Below the pieces are notes generated by a model. The model did no database searches, was not told the origin of the DNA, and worked only from the letters and a program-made list of their open reading frames with translations. Of a DNA stretch of 64,000 nucleotides, positions 10,601-64,000 are shown piece by piece. The stretch covers positions 3,782,001-3,846,000 of the forward strand of contig CDPCPM010000281.1 in the NCBI GenBank assembly GCA_976551045.1, written 5' to 3'. A program made the position numbers and the translations under genes. The stretch comes from Glaucostegus cemiculus (taxonomy: Eukaryota). Position 1 is the first letter of the stretch, and the number at the start of each line of letters is the position of its first letter.

Positions 10601-12912
10601 TGTTTTTACAAAAGCGAATTCTCATACAATCGGTGATAATACTTGCATATTTACAATGCTTTAGGAAAATAGATAGCTATATCATTTATTCTCGAATTTC
10701 AGGTAACCCTTACTTTCCTATATTCTTTCTCTCTGTCTCTCTTTCTCTTTCCAACCCATATAGAATCCTCCCATTTCACATTTTTGTTCCTTGCCACATC
10801 CCCCCAAGCTAGTCCCCATCACCCATTTTTGTTCCCCTCCCCCTGGTTCTAGCCACCTACTACCCACATACTTCATCCATCAGATTGCTTCTCCTGTCTG
10901 GTTCCATCTGCCCTTCACCACTCCCCTAATGGTTTCCATTCTCAACTTCCTTACTAATCAGGTTCCAGCATTTTTAGCCTTTGTGTCCCTGCTTCCCATC
11001 TCCCAGCGCCTGTCTCCACCTTCCCCTTGCCCCACAGACTCCATCAGCGCATTTCTCCTTGCCTGCTTCCATCTATTGCATACTTGCCTCTGTCTCCCAA
11101 CTCCACCCATCCTCCTCTCCCTCCTGGCTCCTTCTGCCCATCATCCCTCACCTCTCTTCGGCCCACCTGTTGCCGACCCATCTCACCCCTCTCCCTCTCC
11201 ACCATCTTCCCTCTCCACCCTCAGTCCTGATGTGGGGTCTCGTCATCAGCAATTCCTTGCCCCCACTCCTCCCCCCCCCACCACACACACACAGATGCTG
11301 CTCGACTTGCTGAGTTCCTCCAGTAGATTGTTTATTGCTACAGGTTCCAAGATCCCAGCATCTGCAATCTCGTGTCTCAACGGATTTAATGTTTATTTTG
11401 GAAAATCTCGTGTAGAGACTAATTTTGAAATCCCTGTTGCTGCTGGTCAAATATCACCAAGTGAAGTTTCAGAATTAACCTCTACATAATGAATGAGTGA
11501 TGGTTCATTGAGACCTTTGCCAAGTAATGTGCTACTTCATTAATTCAAGAATCAACTAAATCACTAATCCTAATGAGTGGCTATAGACCAAAGAATTTTG
11601 CCAATTTTATACCCTGGTAGATTTAATTTTTCAACTAATAACATTCATGTGTCCGGTTCAGATGCTGATCAAGCTATCCATACGGTGGGGCAATGCTGTG
11701 GAAGACTTCTTTGTAAAAAGTACAATCATGCATGGTGTATTGAGGTTTTAATTATTTCTGATCACATTTGAAAGGTGCAAGAGGTACGATCGTGTTCTTG
11801 TTGCTGTACCTAGAGAGTCTGTGCTCTTTGATTATGGAGGAGATTTGATTGATAATTCAATGATTGAGTCTAAAACCGATGCCAGTTCCCCAACAACCTT
11901 CTCATGGATAAGCAGCACTCCATCGTTTACAGTCATTCCTGGTACCCCTAAACCAGAAGCTACAAGTCAACAATCAACTCTTGGCCAAGTACTTAATGCA
12001 GCTGAAGACCTCCTTAAAGTCATGGCAACGGTCACACAGAGCTCTGCCCATGGTAATACGCCTGGGACTGCAAGCAGCTCTGTAAATGAGAAGACTGGCA
12101 TTTCATTGGACAAAGCCAAGGAGAAGAAAAAGAAAAGAAGGAAAGGCAAGAAGAGAATAAAGGGGAAAGGAAAGAAGAAAAATCGTAAAGGCAAATCTGG
12201 TTCCAAAGGCAACAAGGCAACTAATGTGTTGCAAGTTCTTGAGACGAAAATTCATAACAAGAAGGACTATTTCACTGAGATTGAGAAGACAGGAAACAGT
12301 AATGAACTTGGCCAACATTTCTTTGATAATTCCTTGGATTCCATGATAAACAGAGATATATTTAATGATGTGATGAATGATGAATCCCAAAGGGTGGATA
12401 GCTACACTCAGCTGCATAAGACATCTACCGAGACAGCAGCCAAACACAATCAGAGATTTCAGCATTACAGAACTGAAGACTTTACGCCCCTCTTGGTTAC
12501 ACAGGACCCTGCAGCTGAATTCTATAGAGAAAATTTGACTGCCAAATTATGGCACAAGCCAGTTGATGGGCATCAATCTCACAGAGAAGGAACTTCCACC
12601 TTGGCACCAACCAAACAAAGTCCTAATTCCCACTCCTTCAAAAAAGAACCTTCTGTTTTAACAGTGATTACACCGGGACAATATAAAGAGGAGACATCTA
12701 CTCCTTCAATTATCCACACAATGCCTAAGGAAGTGGCAGTAAATCCTCAGCTGAAAGCAAACCACTTGGTTCCCCCATTAGGTAGCATAATCAAGAAACA
12801 ACGGCGTAAAAGGAAGGGCAGGAGAAGGCAAAATCTTAGATCTCAACAAAAAAGTAAGATGACTATACCAACAACTCCTGGCAAGATTATTCATGGAGAA
12901 CTTGATAAGTAG
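7080..12912 (+). CDS. proca1: Group III secretory phospholipase A2-like protein, probable PROCA1 ortholog; 4 coding exons join(7080..7632,8347..8479,8772..8906,11775..12912), 652 aa
   Basis: The spliced ORF is 1959 nt, with GT-AG introns of matching phase. It carries [14 protein letters not shown] (Ca2+ loop), [10 protein letters not shown] (His-Asp), HCDCD and [24 protein letters not shown] plus a Lys-rich tail resembles PROCA1, and the gene lies tail to tail with SUPT6H as PROCA1 does in mammals. The PLA2 family call is near certain; PROCA1 versus PLA2G3 rests on synteny and recalled sequence. Confidence 0.85.
7865..8010 (+). repeat. Penelope-like terminal fragment in proca1 intron 1
   Basis: ccacagatgctgcccgacccgctga...ctccagcagattgtgtgtttgctcc motif, shared with 11290..11376 and inverted with 38225..38300. 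Confidence 0.55.
8347..8479 (+). CDS. proca1: proca1/PLA2G3-like coding exon 2 (catalytic His-Asp and second Asp)
   Basis: (CT)n-CAG acceptor; [43 protein letters not shown]; donor GA|GTAGGT. Confidence 0.93.
8772..8906 (+). CDS. proca1: proca1/PLA2G3-like coding exon 3
   Basis: TAG acceptor; [44 protein letters not shown]; donor TG|GTGAGT. Confidence 0.93.
9095..9281 (+). mobile_element. CR1-type LINE 3' tail
   Basis: gtggtagaagctgatataataggaacatttaaa...ggcacaacattgtgggctgaagggcc. Confidence 0.75.
9788..10495 (-). mobile_element. DeuSINE (SacSINE1-like) split by a CR1 fragment at about 9960..10256
   Basis: Reverse B-box gacttgaacc near 10436 and Deu-domain gatgttgactgagggataggtattagc; the 3' part continues at 9788..9958. 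Confidence 0.6.
10770..11376 (+). mobile_element. Penelope-like element 3' / pLTR region, pyrimidine-rich
   Basis: C/T-rich body followed by cctgatgtggggtctcg and cagatgctgctcgacttgctgagttcctccag...ccagcatctgca. Confidence 0.6.
11775..12912 (+). CDS. proca1: proca1/PLA2G3-like terminal coding exon 4 (last Cys, S/T-rich and polybasic tail)
   Basis: An AAG acceptor completes TG|G (Trp), then [15 protein letters not shown] continues in frame into the 363-aa ORF 11821..12912. Confidence 0.88.
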
Positions 12913-14084
12913 CATTGCAGCAAAATTCCCATTGATCATATAACAATGTATGTATGTCCCAAGTCAACAATTATACCATAATGCATTAACATTTTGTGAA
13001 TGATGAAAGAATGCATGACTTTACAACTGATTATTGGACAACACAGAGATTCCTTAAGTAGACTAGAAATATACACTGACATTTCTTGTGATAAGTTTTC
13101 ATTCTTTATTGCTTCATGTTTGTACAGGTGGACTTAACTACACCATAGAAAGGAAACTTTATAAAGTTTAATAAATTTAACACCATTTTAATCACCTTGC
13201 TGTGTACATTTACTCTGCTTTTAGCTTACTTGAATACATGAAGCTGCCACATTCTATTAAGCTAAATTCACATATTTCTCTGTCACAATTCATCTCTTTC
13301 TCTGCAAAGTAATTTTAACAAATGGTCAGGGTAAATTGACATGTTTATAAAGATAACATTTAATTATGAATGATACAGCTTGCTTGAAATGCCAGTGTAT
13401 GAAGATTGATTGATTAGTCATCTTTAGTCATGTTAAATGTTGGAAACTTAGTACTGGAAATTATCCATTGGTGCAGCAATTTACAGCCACAACTACTTCC
13501 TCTTACAAAGCACAAAATTTTTTAACAATTTTATTCTCTGGTTGTTTCAAAAAATATTTGTTGTTCTTCAAATGAAAAGGTACTTCTGAAATCCAGACAG
13601 CTTCTCATAATCTTCAACCTATTCAGCATTATCATCACAACTAATCTGGAATAGAAACTGTTTGAATTGTTGGTTCCACATATATCAAACTGATTTGGTT
13701 ATCTATTTTAATATTTTCTGAAATCCTTCCAAAAAGTTGTGACTGAGCTCGTAATGACTTTGCAGAACATGGCACCCCATATTTAAATGTTAATGCCTGA
13801 CCACAGAAAGGGGGTGGTGCAGTCAGTCTGTGTCCTGGGTTAGGGTTGGAAGCACCACAACGTACACTTCAGTCTAATAATTTATGAGAGAGGGCATGCT
13901 GGGGAAGGCTAAAAGCAGGATTGGACTCATCAAGCAATGAAGCTACAGCCTAATCTTCAAAAAAGTACTGAGTGCCACATACGAGTAGCCATGGGCAAAT
14001 TACAGAGAATGGTTTATGTGGTATTGTCAATCCAATGTGTCAAACACTTCAACTGGCTGAAGAAGAGGAAACAATTTCTAAAAG

Positions 14085-14165
14085 GTGTGTGTGTGTATTA
14101 GTATGCATGTGTTTTTGTGTGTGTGGATGTGTGTGCTTTTGTACAGCGTCAGATTGTGTGTGTTG
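14085..14165. repeat. Imperfect (GT)n microsatellite
   Basis: Interrupted gtgtgt runs. Confidence 0.7.
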
Positions 14166-14384
14166 GTGGTGGAAGATGAAGGGACAAAAACATAATTTCA
14201 CTTTAATGAAGGATGTTCAACAGACATTTCTGAGGCACATAAGGGTTTTCTGTAGCTGAAATGTAACTTCTTGAGTGGTACATTCAACTGCCCTGGCCTA
14301 CACCCTTAATTCTGTTAAAAATCAGGCACCACAAGAAGAGTGTGATTTCCACCTTTCTCAAAATTAAAGCTCACTTACAGTGCA

Positions 14385-14405
14385 CCCCCCCCCCCCCCCC
14401 CCCCC
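14385..14405. repeat. Poly-C run, 21 nt
   Basis: Read directly. Confidence 0.95.
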
Positions 14406-15709
14406 ATTACAGCAGTTCAGGTAATGGAAATTTCCCCTTACAAATTCACAAATCATTAGCAAAGTATTTGAGATATGGGGAAAAAGTCACTCATGGAATT
14501 TATGCGAGTAAAAAAAGATTAAATAACTAATCATTTTAAATGAGTTGCCACAGACTTTTGAAATCCTATACTCTACACACAGCAGTGAAATAATGCTTTA
14601 AATGGTGAACCATGCTGTTTGATCCTGGTAACTATTTTCTCATTTACTCAAGGCTTGTGGGCAATTATTACTCATTAGTTGGAAGCTACTACAGCAAGAT
14701 GAATTATTATCTGGAGTATTTATTCCTAAGCATCTGTTCTGATAAGTGAGGCACAATCCTGAGTTTTATTATGAAGAAAAAGTCTAAAATGCTGCACTAA
14801 ATCAGAATATTCTCCAACAGGTCTTAATAAAGAACCTTTGATTATCTTACACAATAAAAAGCCATGAATTATTAATAAAAATATATTTTGATTAATGAAG
14901 GAATATTACTCAAAGCTCACCCATTACTTTAATCGGTTCAATCGGTATAAATTATAGTTTAAGGAGCAGGTATGTGTTTTCATTGATTGTTTTGTTTCAT
15001 TACCTAATTTCTGTTTTTATTTCCTGTTATTTTGCATAAACTCTTGTGATTTACAAAGTTTTCCCACAACAGGGGATGACAGTTAATCCACTTTTTATGC
15101 CTTTATCTAGTTGGTGTTTCAATTCTACGTAGACCTGGTTTAACGTGGATTCATCATTTTACATACTCTATATTGCCCAGTACCTATGGACATTAGGTTA
15201 TGCCACTGGTGGGTTGGTGAGTGGAGAGATCTCTTGGCATAAACAATGAGTTTGATGTAACACTTCCAAAGAGATTATGCTGATAATTTGCAAAGAAACC
15301 CTAACCTTTGATTTGAATATTGGAATACACTGTTTGAATGTCTGCTCAATTTATCTAATCTCAGTGATGCTTTTCTATGGATGAGGGGAATGGGAGTGAA
15401 CGATGAATTGTGCAAGAGATCACTACATTATTCTGTGAATTCTACCACCAACTGAGGAAAAATAAATGCTGGTCAAACAAAAATTTGTAAAATAGATATC
15501 CCAAGATTAGGAGAAGTGAAGGATACTCCCAAGGTAATTTGCATTGTTCCATAATTCAGCAATAACAGAGCATTTAAATGATTATTTGCTCATTTACACA
15601 AATTGCTGAAAATACAAACAGATAATGTTGCAGTCAGAGAAAATGGGCTGTGAAATTAATGGCATTTGGACTGAGAAAGGAAATAAAACTTCAATGTCAT
15701 TATGCGCAG

Positions 15710-16130
15710 GAACATAAATAGAACAGAACAGGCTCTTCCATCCACCATGTCTGCACCAACCATGCCAATTTAACTAATCCATTCTTACATAATGGTCTGT
15801 ATTCCCTTATTCTCTGCCTGTTCACATGTCACGTTAATGAAAAGATGTGAAGAAGGATTAGACTGGGATAAAAGGAAATGGAGCGCTAAATTAAAAAAAA
15901 CCCTGAGACATACAGCACAAAAACAGGCCCTTTGGCCCAACTGGTGCATGCCGAACAAGTTGCTTAACTGAGCTAGTCCCAATATGGTTCTATGGTTCAA
16001 CAGCCTGCGTTTGGCCCATATCCCTCCAAACCTTTCCTATCTACGTACCCGTCCAAATCTCTTTTAAATGTTATAACTATAACCACCTATATAAACCACC
16101 TTCTCTGGCAGTTCATTCCGTATACTCTCA
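15710..16130 (-). mobile_element. Two short CR1-type 3' tails
   Basis: gaacagaacaggctcttcc and tacagcacaaaaacaggccctttggccca...cccatatccctccaaacctttcctatc. Confidence 0.7.
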
Positions 16131-18593
16131 ACAACAATAGAACTTAGCAGTAATTAACTTAAAGAAACAAGATTGCAACAGTTAATTTTCAATGTCAGAT
16201 TGACTAGCAGCATTTAACCTGTTAAATAGGTACTTAGACTGAAATGAAACAAACTTAACCTTCTTTGAGGTTTGTCTTTTCCTTTGAGGCTGTAAGGTTT
16301 AAAAACTTCCTCTCAGCAACCCCCCCCCTCCAACTGACTGTTATCCAGCATCAGTAAAAAATCAGTCACTTTTCAGCTCCCCCCAATAAAAGTTCAAATG
16401 AAAATGAATTTGTGATTTGAATGATCAAGTGGTTTTATATCTTCTAATTGAAATTGGAACCTGCATCTTAGAAAATATACCAGAAGCAGGTAGAACTTCA
16501 TTTTGCATCTTTACAAAATGTCAGTTTACAAAACTTAAATAAACATGGTAAACTCTGAATCACTATGGGAACTCATCATTGAAGCATTGAGACGTGAATA
16601 GTTTGGTGTATTTGCTTTATTCATGGAAAGATACAAGATAGAGAATGGAAAGCATGATTATCTGGATTAAGATTCCTTGTTTTGAAAATACAATTTAATG
16701 CACAACTCTGAAACCATAGAACTTTTAAATTATTTAAATAACAGAGCACAAGTAGAACCCCATTATTTTCCATGTAATATACTTCCCAACAATACATAAG
16801 TGGGAAGAGGCACTCACCAATAAAAAAGAAATAATAGATTATACTAGTATATACTAGTAACTATATGGGTTTAAAGATTTTTCTTGTGTAAAATGGAATA
16901 TAATTACATCATTTCAAAAAATAATAGTCCCCAGTGTGCATAAAACCGCCTTCAATGGACAGCCCAAGCTTGCTCATTCAATTTAATTACAACTCCTTAA
17001 TGCTTTTGCAGTTAAGGTAACTTTACCATGGCAGATTTACTCAACGTGCATATGGCTACATTTGCAACTGCTTGTAGCAGCTACAAAATGCCTGCCTCAA
17101 TAAGCAAGATTTGAATTCACAGTACTTTTATTCAGAGCAAAAGCTGTAGGAAATTTACAAGGCGAATCAAATTGAAAATATCAATTCTCCTCTTCAAATG
17201 ACATCATTTAAGGTTGCATAAAATTATTCTGCAATGCAAAACAATTCAGTTCAAAGTTAAACTCTTTTGGATCTATTTCACTAACTGATCAAAATTGTTC
17301 CCATCCATCTAACTGTAGCATTTCAATGCCTTTGGATACAACTTGAACTCAGTTTTAATGGCCCATAAAAATCCAACCTGTTTTAGTGATTGTGCTACTG
17401 TAAATTCCAAGTATTAGAAAAGTTTTGTTTTAAGTTATCTGGATAAATAGGACACGGCATTAAATCAATGACTGCAACCTTTGGCTACATCTTAAATTTG
17501 TCTCATGAGTAAATCAAAACCAGAAGCTATCACCTCAAAATTTGTTTGCGACCATATATTTGAGAAACACATCAGCTCTAAAGTTTTGTTACTCTATACT
17601 GAAACTTTTTGGCTGTGGGTTCAGCATTTACAATCCCGGTATGGGACATTTCAAAGAATGTTTCCAATTTCAGCAATAAAATACAGGTAACATAGGGAGC
17701 ACTACAGCAACACTCACTACTCACTAATATTTTCCCATAAGCAACACAAACCTTTAAAACAATGTAGTTACAATCTCTATTACATTGACCATCCTTGGAA
17801 AAAATAAATAAACAAAAATATGGGTCTTGAAGGTCTTCAACTATTTCTGAGCCAAGTTTCTGAAAGGGCGTTATATTCATTGACTGATGTGATGAAAAGA
17901 ATAATGTAATATACATAGGGTTTACTATTTTGCCGTAAGTCAATATACATGTCTGAGTCCTTCACAGAGAAGGAATGGTAGGCATTCAGATAACTTTACA
18001 TATACCAAAAATGGTATATCCATTCCATTTTTCCTGTATCATCCATTACAAATGGAATATGTAGGATGATTTTCTGCTGGTTAGCAGAAGCTGCAGTATA
18101 GGCTTATGACTGAGTGAAGCAAGCTGAGCAGAAAACATCATCACTACAGCAGCATTAAATTACATCTCACCAGATGCTGCCGTGGAACAGCAGACCCTGT
18201 AACTTATCACAGCAACATACTGTTGCGGATCAAATGACATTGCACAATGGCGTTCCAGCTCATGTGAGGGTGTGATCATCAGAGCCTACGTTCCAGCTGT
18301 GATAACATCAGCTGCTATTGCTGCCAAGAAAACCTGAAAATTGAATGAACTTGTATGCATACATGGTGCATACCACCGGAGTTCAGATACTGATAAACTG
18401 AGATTATTCAAATCTCTCACTGCACGATCTCTTCCCCTTCATACACTGAATGGTTTTGGAATACAAACACAGAAGTATAGCTATTTACGTTTGAATCATT
18501 TAGTACCTACAGGACTTTTGATAACAACATTGTTCTAATTTAAGTTACAAAATAAGTAGAATGTGAGAAAGTGTCTTGAAAAGTAAATGCTCT

Positions 18594-18599
18594 TTTATT
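18594..18599 (-). terminator. Candidate SUPT6H polyadenylation signal (AATAAA on the minus strand); further candidates at 17127 and 16616
   Basis: TTTATT on the plus strand about 600 nt past the stop, followed by a pyrimidine/U-rich stretch on the minus strand. Confidence 0.45.
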
Positions 18600-19199
18600 T
18601 AGAGGGGGAAAAAAAAGCTTATTAAATCAGGTACAATTTCTCTTTTCCCACCAGAACATATAAGCACCACATGTTGGTGACTATTTTGTGTTTGTCAAGT
18701 TTCACCTGAAGCATAAAAAAAAGTCTGCATATACCTACTTATGTACACCATTATACGGCAGGAAGCACTTGCATTTGTCAAGAAGCTGATAACCAGTCTA
18801 CTTTACAGAGTTATCCCTCACTTCACGGTTACAAATGTTCCAAAATCCCATCTCTGTAGAAATTAAAATCAGGCTGGCTGTAAACTGGCATATTTTTGTT
18901 TGCACATGTGCAAGTTACAATAGGATTATGGATATGCATTCTGTTTCAGCCATTTGGCATTGTACACAAGCCCAACGACCTGTTCATTTCAACATTCCAG
19001 TGATTTCCTGTGGCCTCCTGAAAGTTTCACACTTGTTAAATGGGCAATACTGAGTGCCAAAGACAATCCAAAAATAACCAATATACAGCTTAGAAAACAA
19101 ATCCCTAGCCAATTAGTTGTGGGTATCAGGGAACACTGAAATTAGCAGACCCAAGGGGGGGTGGGGTCAAAGTTCAAATGCTGTTCGTTTTGTCCTCCC

Positions 19200-61332
<42,133 letters not shown>

Positions 61333-62339
61333 CTACAGATTAAGAGTTATTCATCAACTTTCAAACTTGAAAGATTATAAACTAATTATCAAGAAAACTT
61401 TAAATCAGAAATGGGCTGCACTGAAGATGTAGTGAGACTTAGCAGCTGAGCGAATGCATTGATTTCTCCAGTAAAAGTCATCGATAATAATAAATTAAAA
61501 AGATATTTTTTGTATTACATGGCTAATCTGAAGATGCCTAATTTTGGTACAACTGCTACCCAAGATATGAAGAACACTTAATGATCAACAACTGCCAAGG
61601 AAATAAATTTTAGTTACATATTCTTTTTTAAAATTGTACTAAGTGTACTAAGTGTAGTACTTCAGTAAATTAGATATCTGAAGTAGAACATTAACAGCTG
61701 TCTGAATGGATTCTCACACTGTTGGACAAAGGTCATTGGATGGAGAAGTTAAAAATCATGGGGATGTTCAGAAATATTTATGACTGTGACCATAAGTATT
61801 AGCTCTCACTTTAAAATGAAGTATGGGGGAGGGGAATGTGTCTAAAACTTGCCCTAGGCTCTTCAAAACTTGCATTACTACTCAATTAAAAATTTCTCTG
61901 AGTGTGGGTTTAATTTGGTAATTTCTTTTTTTTAAACAAAAAAGATCACAGTTGAAGCCCACAACCTTTGGTTAACTCATCTATGACACAGATAAGGATC
62001 ACAAGAAATGATTCCCACAGTGAAAACGGCAGAGGCTTAGAAAGCTGGGCCCATTCACTTTGCTATCCCTCAATTTCAGGGAGACTGCAAAAACACATGA
62101 GAAAAGTCACCATTGCTCTGTATTGTATTTCTTTTGAAAAATTCTTTCCATTTACTAAAACTGGGTAAAACCAGAAACCTTTCTGGTGTAAATCAGTGCA
62201 AGGACGAAGTTCACTGTTACGTGTTTCCTTTTTTGCCTGTAGGATATTAGATTATCAAAACCATTTTCAACTTTGTGAAGCAACTGTGGATTTTTCCAAA
62301 AGAAACCTGAACGATCTCAGACCTGAGGAGATGTAAGAA

Positions 62340-63500
62340 TCACAGAATGAAATGCCACACAAATAGGCCAAATGGGCCATTGACAATACCCTAGATCTTT
62401 TACACACTATCCAACTACTCTTTCTTGCTTATTCTTTCCCTACAGCCCCATTACCTCATTTCTCTTCAAATAATTCAATTCTCTTTGAAAGTTTCTGTTG
62501 AATCTGCTTCCATAACCCCATCAGATAGTGCCTTTCAAATCTCAAAAATGTGCTCTAGCAAAAATCTGTTTCCTCTCACCACATCTGATTTTCAACCAAT
62601 CACAGGCTTATGTCCTTTGGATAATGGCCCTTCTCCCATCAGGAACAGTTTCAGTGTATTTACCCCACAAAAAACATCAACTATTTTGAATACTTCTCTC
62701 AAATCTCCTCTCAACCTCGTCTGCTGTGAACAACCTCAGATGTTGTGGTTTCTTGGTAATAGAAATGAAGGACTGCACTTGTAACTCTTCTGCACCTTAA
62801 GATATTGACATCTTTCCTAAAATGTGATGTCCAGAATTGAACACACGTGGGAATTAAAGTTCTATATGCATTATTTTTTTTTTGCGTGATATTCCTCTAC
62901 CAATAAAGCCAATGATCCTATAGTCATTTTTATCTTCTCAACTTATCTTGCCACCTTGAGTGATTTGCAGATTGCACCTACAAGGTGACTTCCAATACAC
63001 AGCTTAAAATTTTTGCCAAGAGTATATATTACCCACTCTCACTTATCAAATGATACCCAAGTTTCACCTACCATGCATCTGCTCATTTCACCAGCCCATC
63101 TCAGTCGTCCTAAAATAAGCTACAATCCTGCTCACTGCATTGAGTTTCTTGACTTCTTCAGATTTTAAACTGTTCTGTAGATCGAAATTCAGCTCACTTG
63201 ATGCAATAATCTTAATATTGACTCCGACAGAACACCAGTGTGCACTTTCCACGCTGAAAAAACTAATCATTCGCCACTACTCTGCTTTTTGTCCAACAGC
63301 TAATTATAACCTGACAGGATTTAATTTTGTCAATAAATCTGTAATGTGAAGCCACATCAAATATTTTTTTGAAAGTTTGCATCACCTTCATCAGTTCTCT
63401 CCTCAACTCAAAGATTTGATTAAGAGAAATATAGTCAAAGCAATCTCCTGGAATAATTATTAACCACATAAGTGATAAAGGAACCAAAGAGCTATTTTCT
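62340..63500 (-). mobile_element. Decayed CR1-type LINE fragments
   Basis: aaatctcctctcaacctcgtctgct, ccagaattgaacaca, gaacaccagtgtgcactttcc. Confidence 0.6.
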
Positions 63501-64000
63501 AGAATTATCTTTCTTGTTTCTAAATGGATACTTTGCCTGTTGGGTTGGGTGGTGTGTTAGATTATCGTGGCTTTAGGCATCACACTTGTGTAGACAATAT
63601 GTATAGGGTTAGGTGGCCCTTTGCTGTCAATCATTTATACATGTACACATCCCTTATTTACAAATTTGTTTACTGAAGTGCTTTTGTTTTGTATCAAATT
63701 TCCAGGGACTAGCAATCAAAACACAACTAAAGGCCCTAAGTAAAGGGCACTTTCCATCTGTCTTGTGTGATGGTTGTTCTATGCAGCATATTCGAAGTTA
63801 ATTGATTAATTGGTATGGGAAAGCAGACAGATAAGTGTGCTCAAAAGTCAAAATTGTCCAGATTAAATCCAAAACAGAATCTGCTGAAACGGAACAAGGG
63901 AACAGCTGAATGGAAGATGGACAACTGACAGCTGCAGAGCAGTGCAACAGTGTGGCCTTGAGAGTTTTATGGCATGACAAGTTATAATTGAAAGACTACT

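Larger units (their letters stand above)
13170..14879 (+). terminator. Candidate polyadenylation signals of proca1: AATAAA at 13170 and a cluster at 14826, 14853, 14874
   Basis: Canonical hexamers downstream of the stop; the triple cluster is followed by TG/T-rich sequence near 14970-15030. Confidence 0.4.

Noticed and set aside
10791-11489. 232-aa Pro/Leu/Ser-rich ORF in proca1 intron 3
   Set aside because: Stop-poor pyrimidine-rich body of a Penelope-like repeat; low complexity and no ATG-led gene structure
11821-12912. 363-aa ORF as an independent gene
   Set aside because: It starts at GTG and is in frame with the acceptor at 11775; it is proca1 exon 4
63263-63487. Possible further SUPT6H exon near the window end
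   Set aside because: No similarity to the expected acidic SPT6 N-terminus; it lies among decayed LINE sequence

Overview
This is vertebrate genomic DNA, very probably from a shark or ray; that is inferred from the repeat complement (V-SINE/HE1-like, DeuSINE, CR1, Penelope-like). Two intron-containing genes converge tail to tail. (1) On the + strand is a complete 4-exon, 652-aa group III secretory phospholipase A2-type gene, join(7080..7632,8347..8479,8772..8906,11775..12912). Its sequence and its position next to SUPT6H make it the probable PROCA1 ortholog. It has a signal peptide, a furin site and an intact catalytic core. (2) On the - strand are the 33 3'-most coding exons of SUPT6H/SPT6 (61332 down to the stop at 19200; 1604 aa in the window). 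All introns are GT-AG and the reading frame is continuous; the 5' exons lie beyond the window end. The rest is intron or intergenic DNA full of decayed retroelements. I found no solid evidence for a wholly new system. The best leads are the apparently catalytically intact PROCA1 with a polybasic tail, a decayed tandem copy of a SUPT6H exon in the preceding intron, a CCHC zinc-finger-like insert in the SPT6 S1 region, Penelope-derived palindromes with hammerhead-core relics, and a candidate orphan first exon near 1.7-2.0 kb. Exon boundaries were read by hand and phase-checked. Repeat boundaries and family names are approximate and were recognised by eye.
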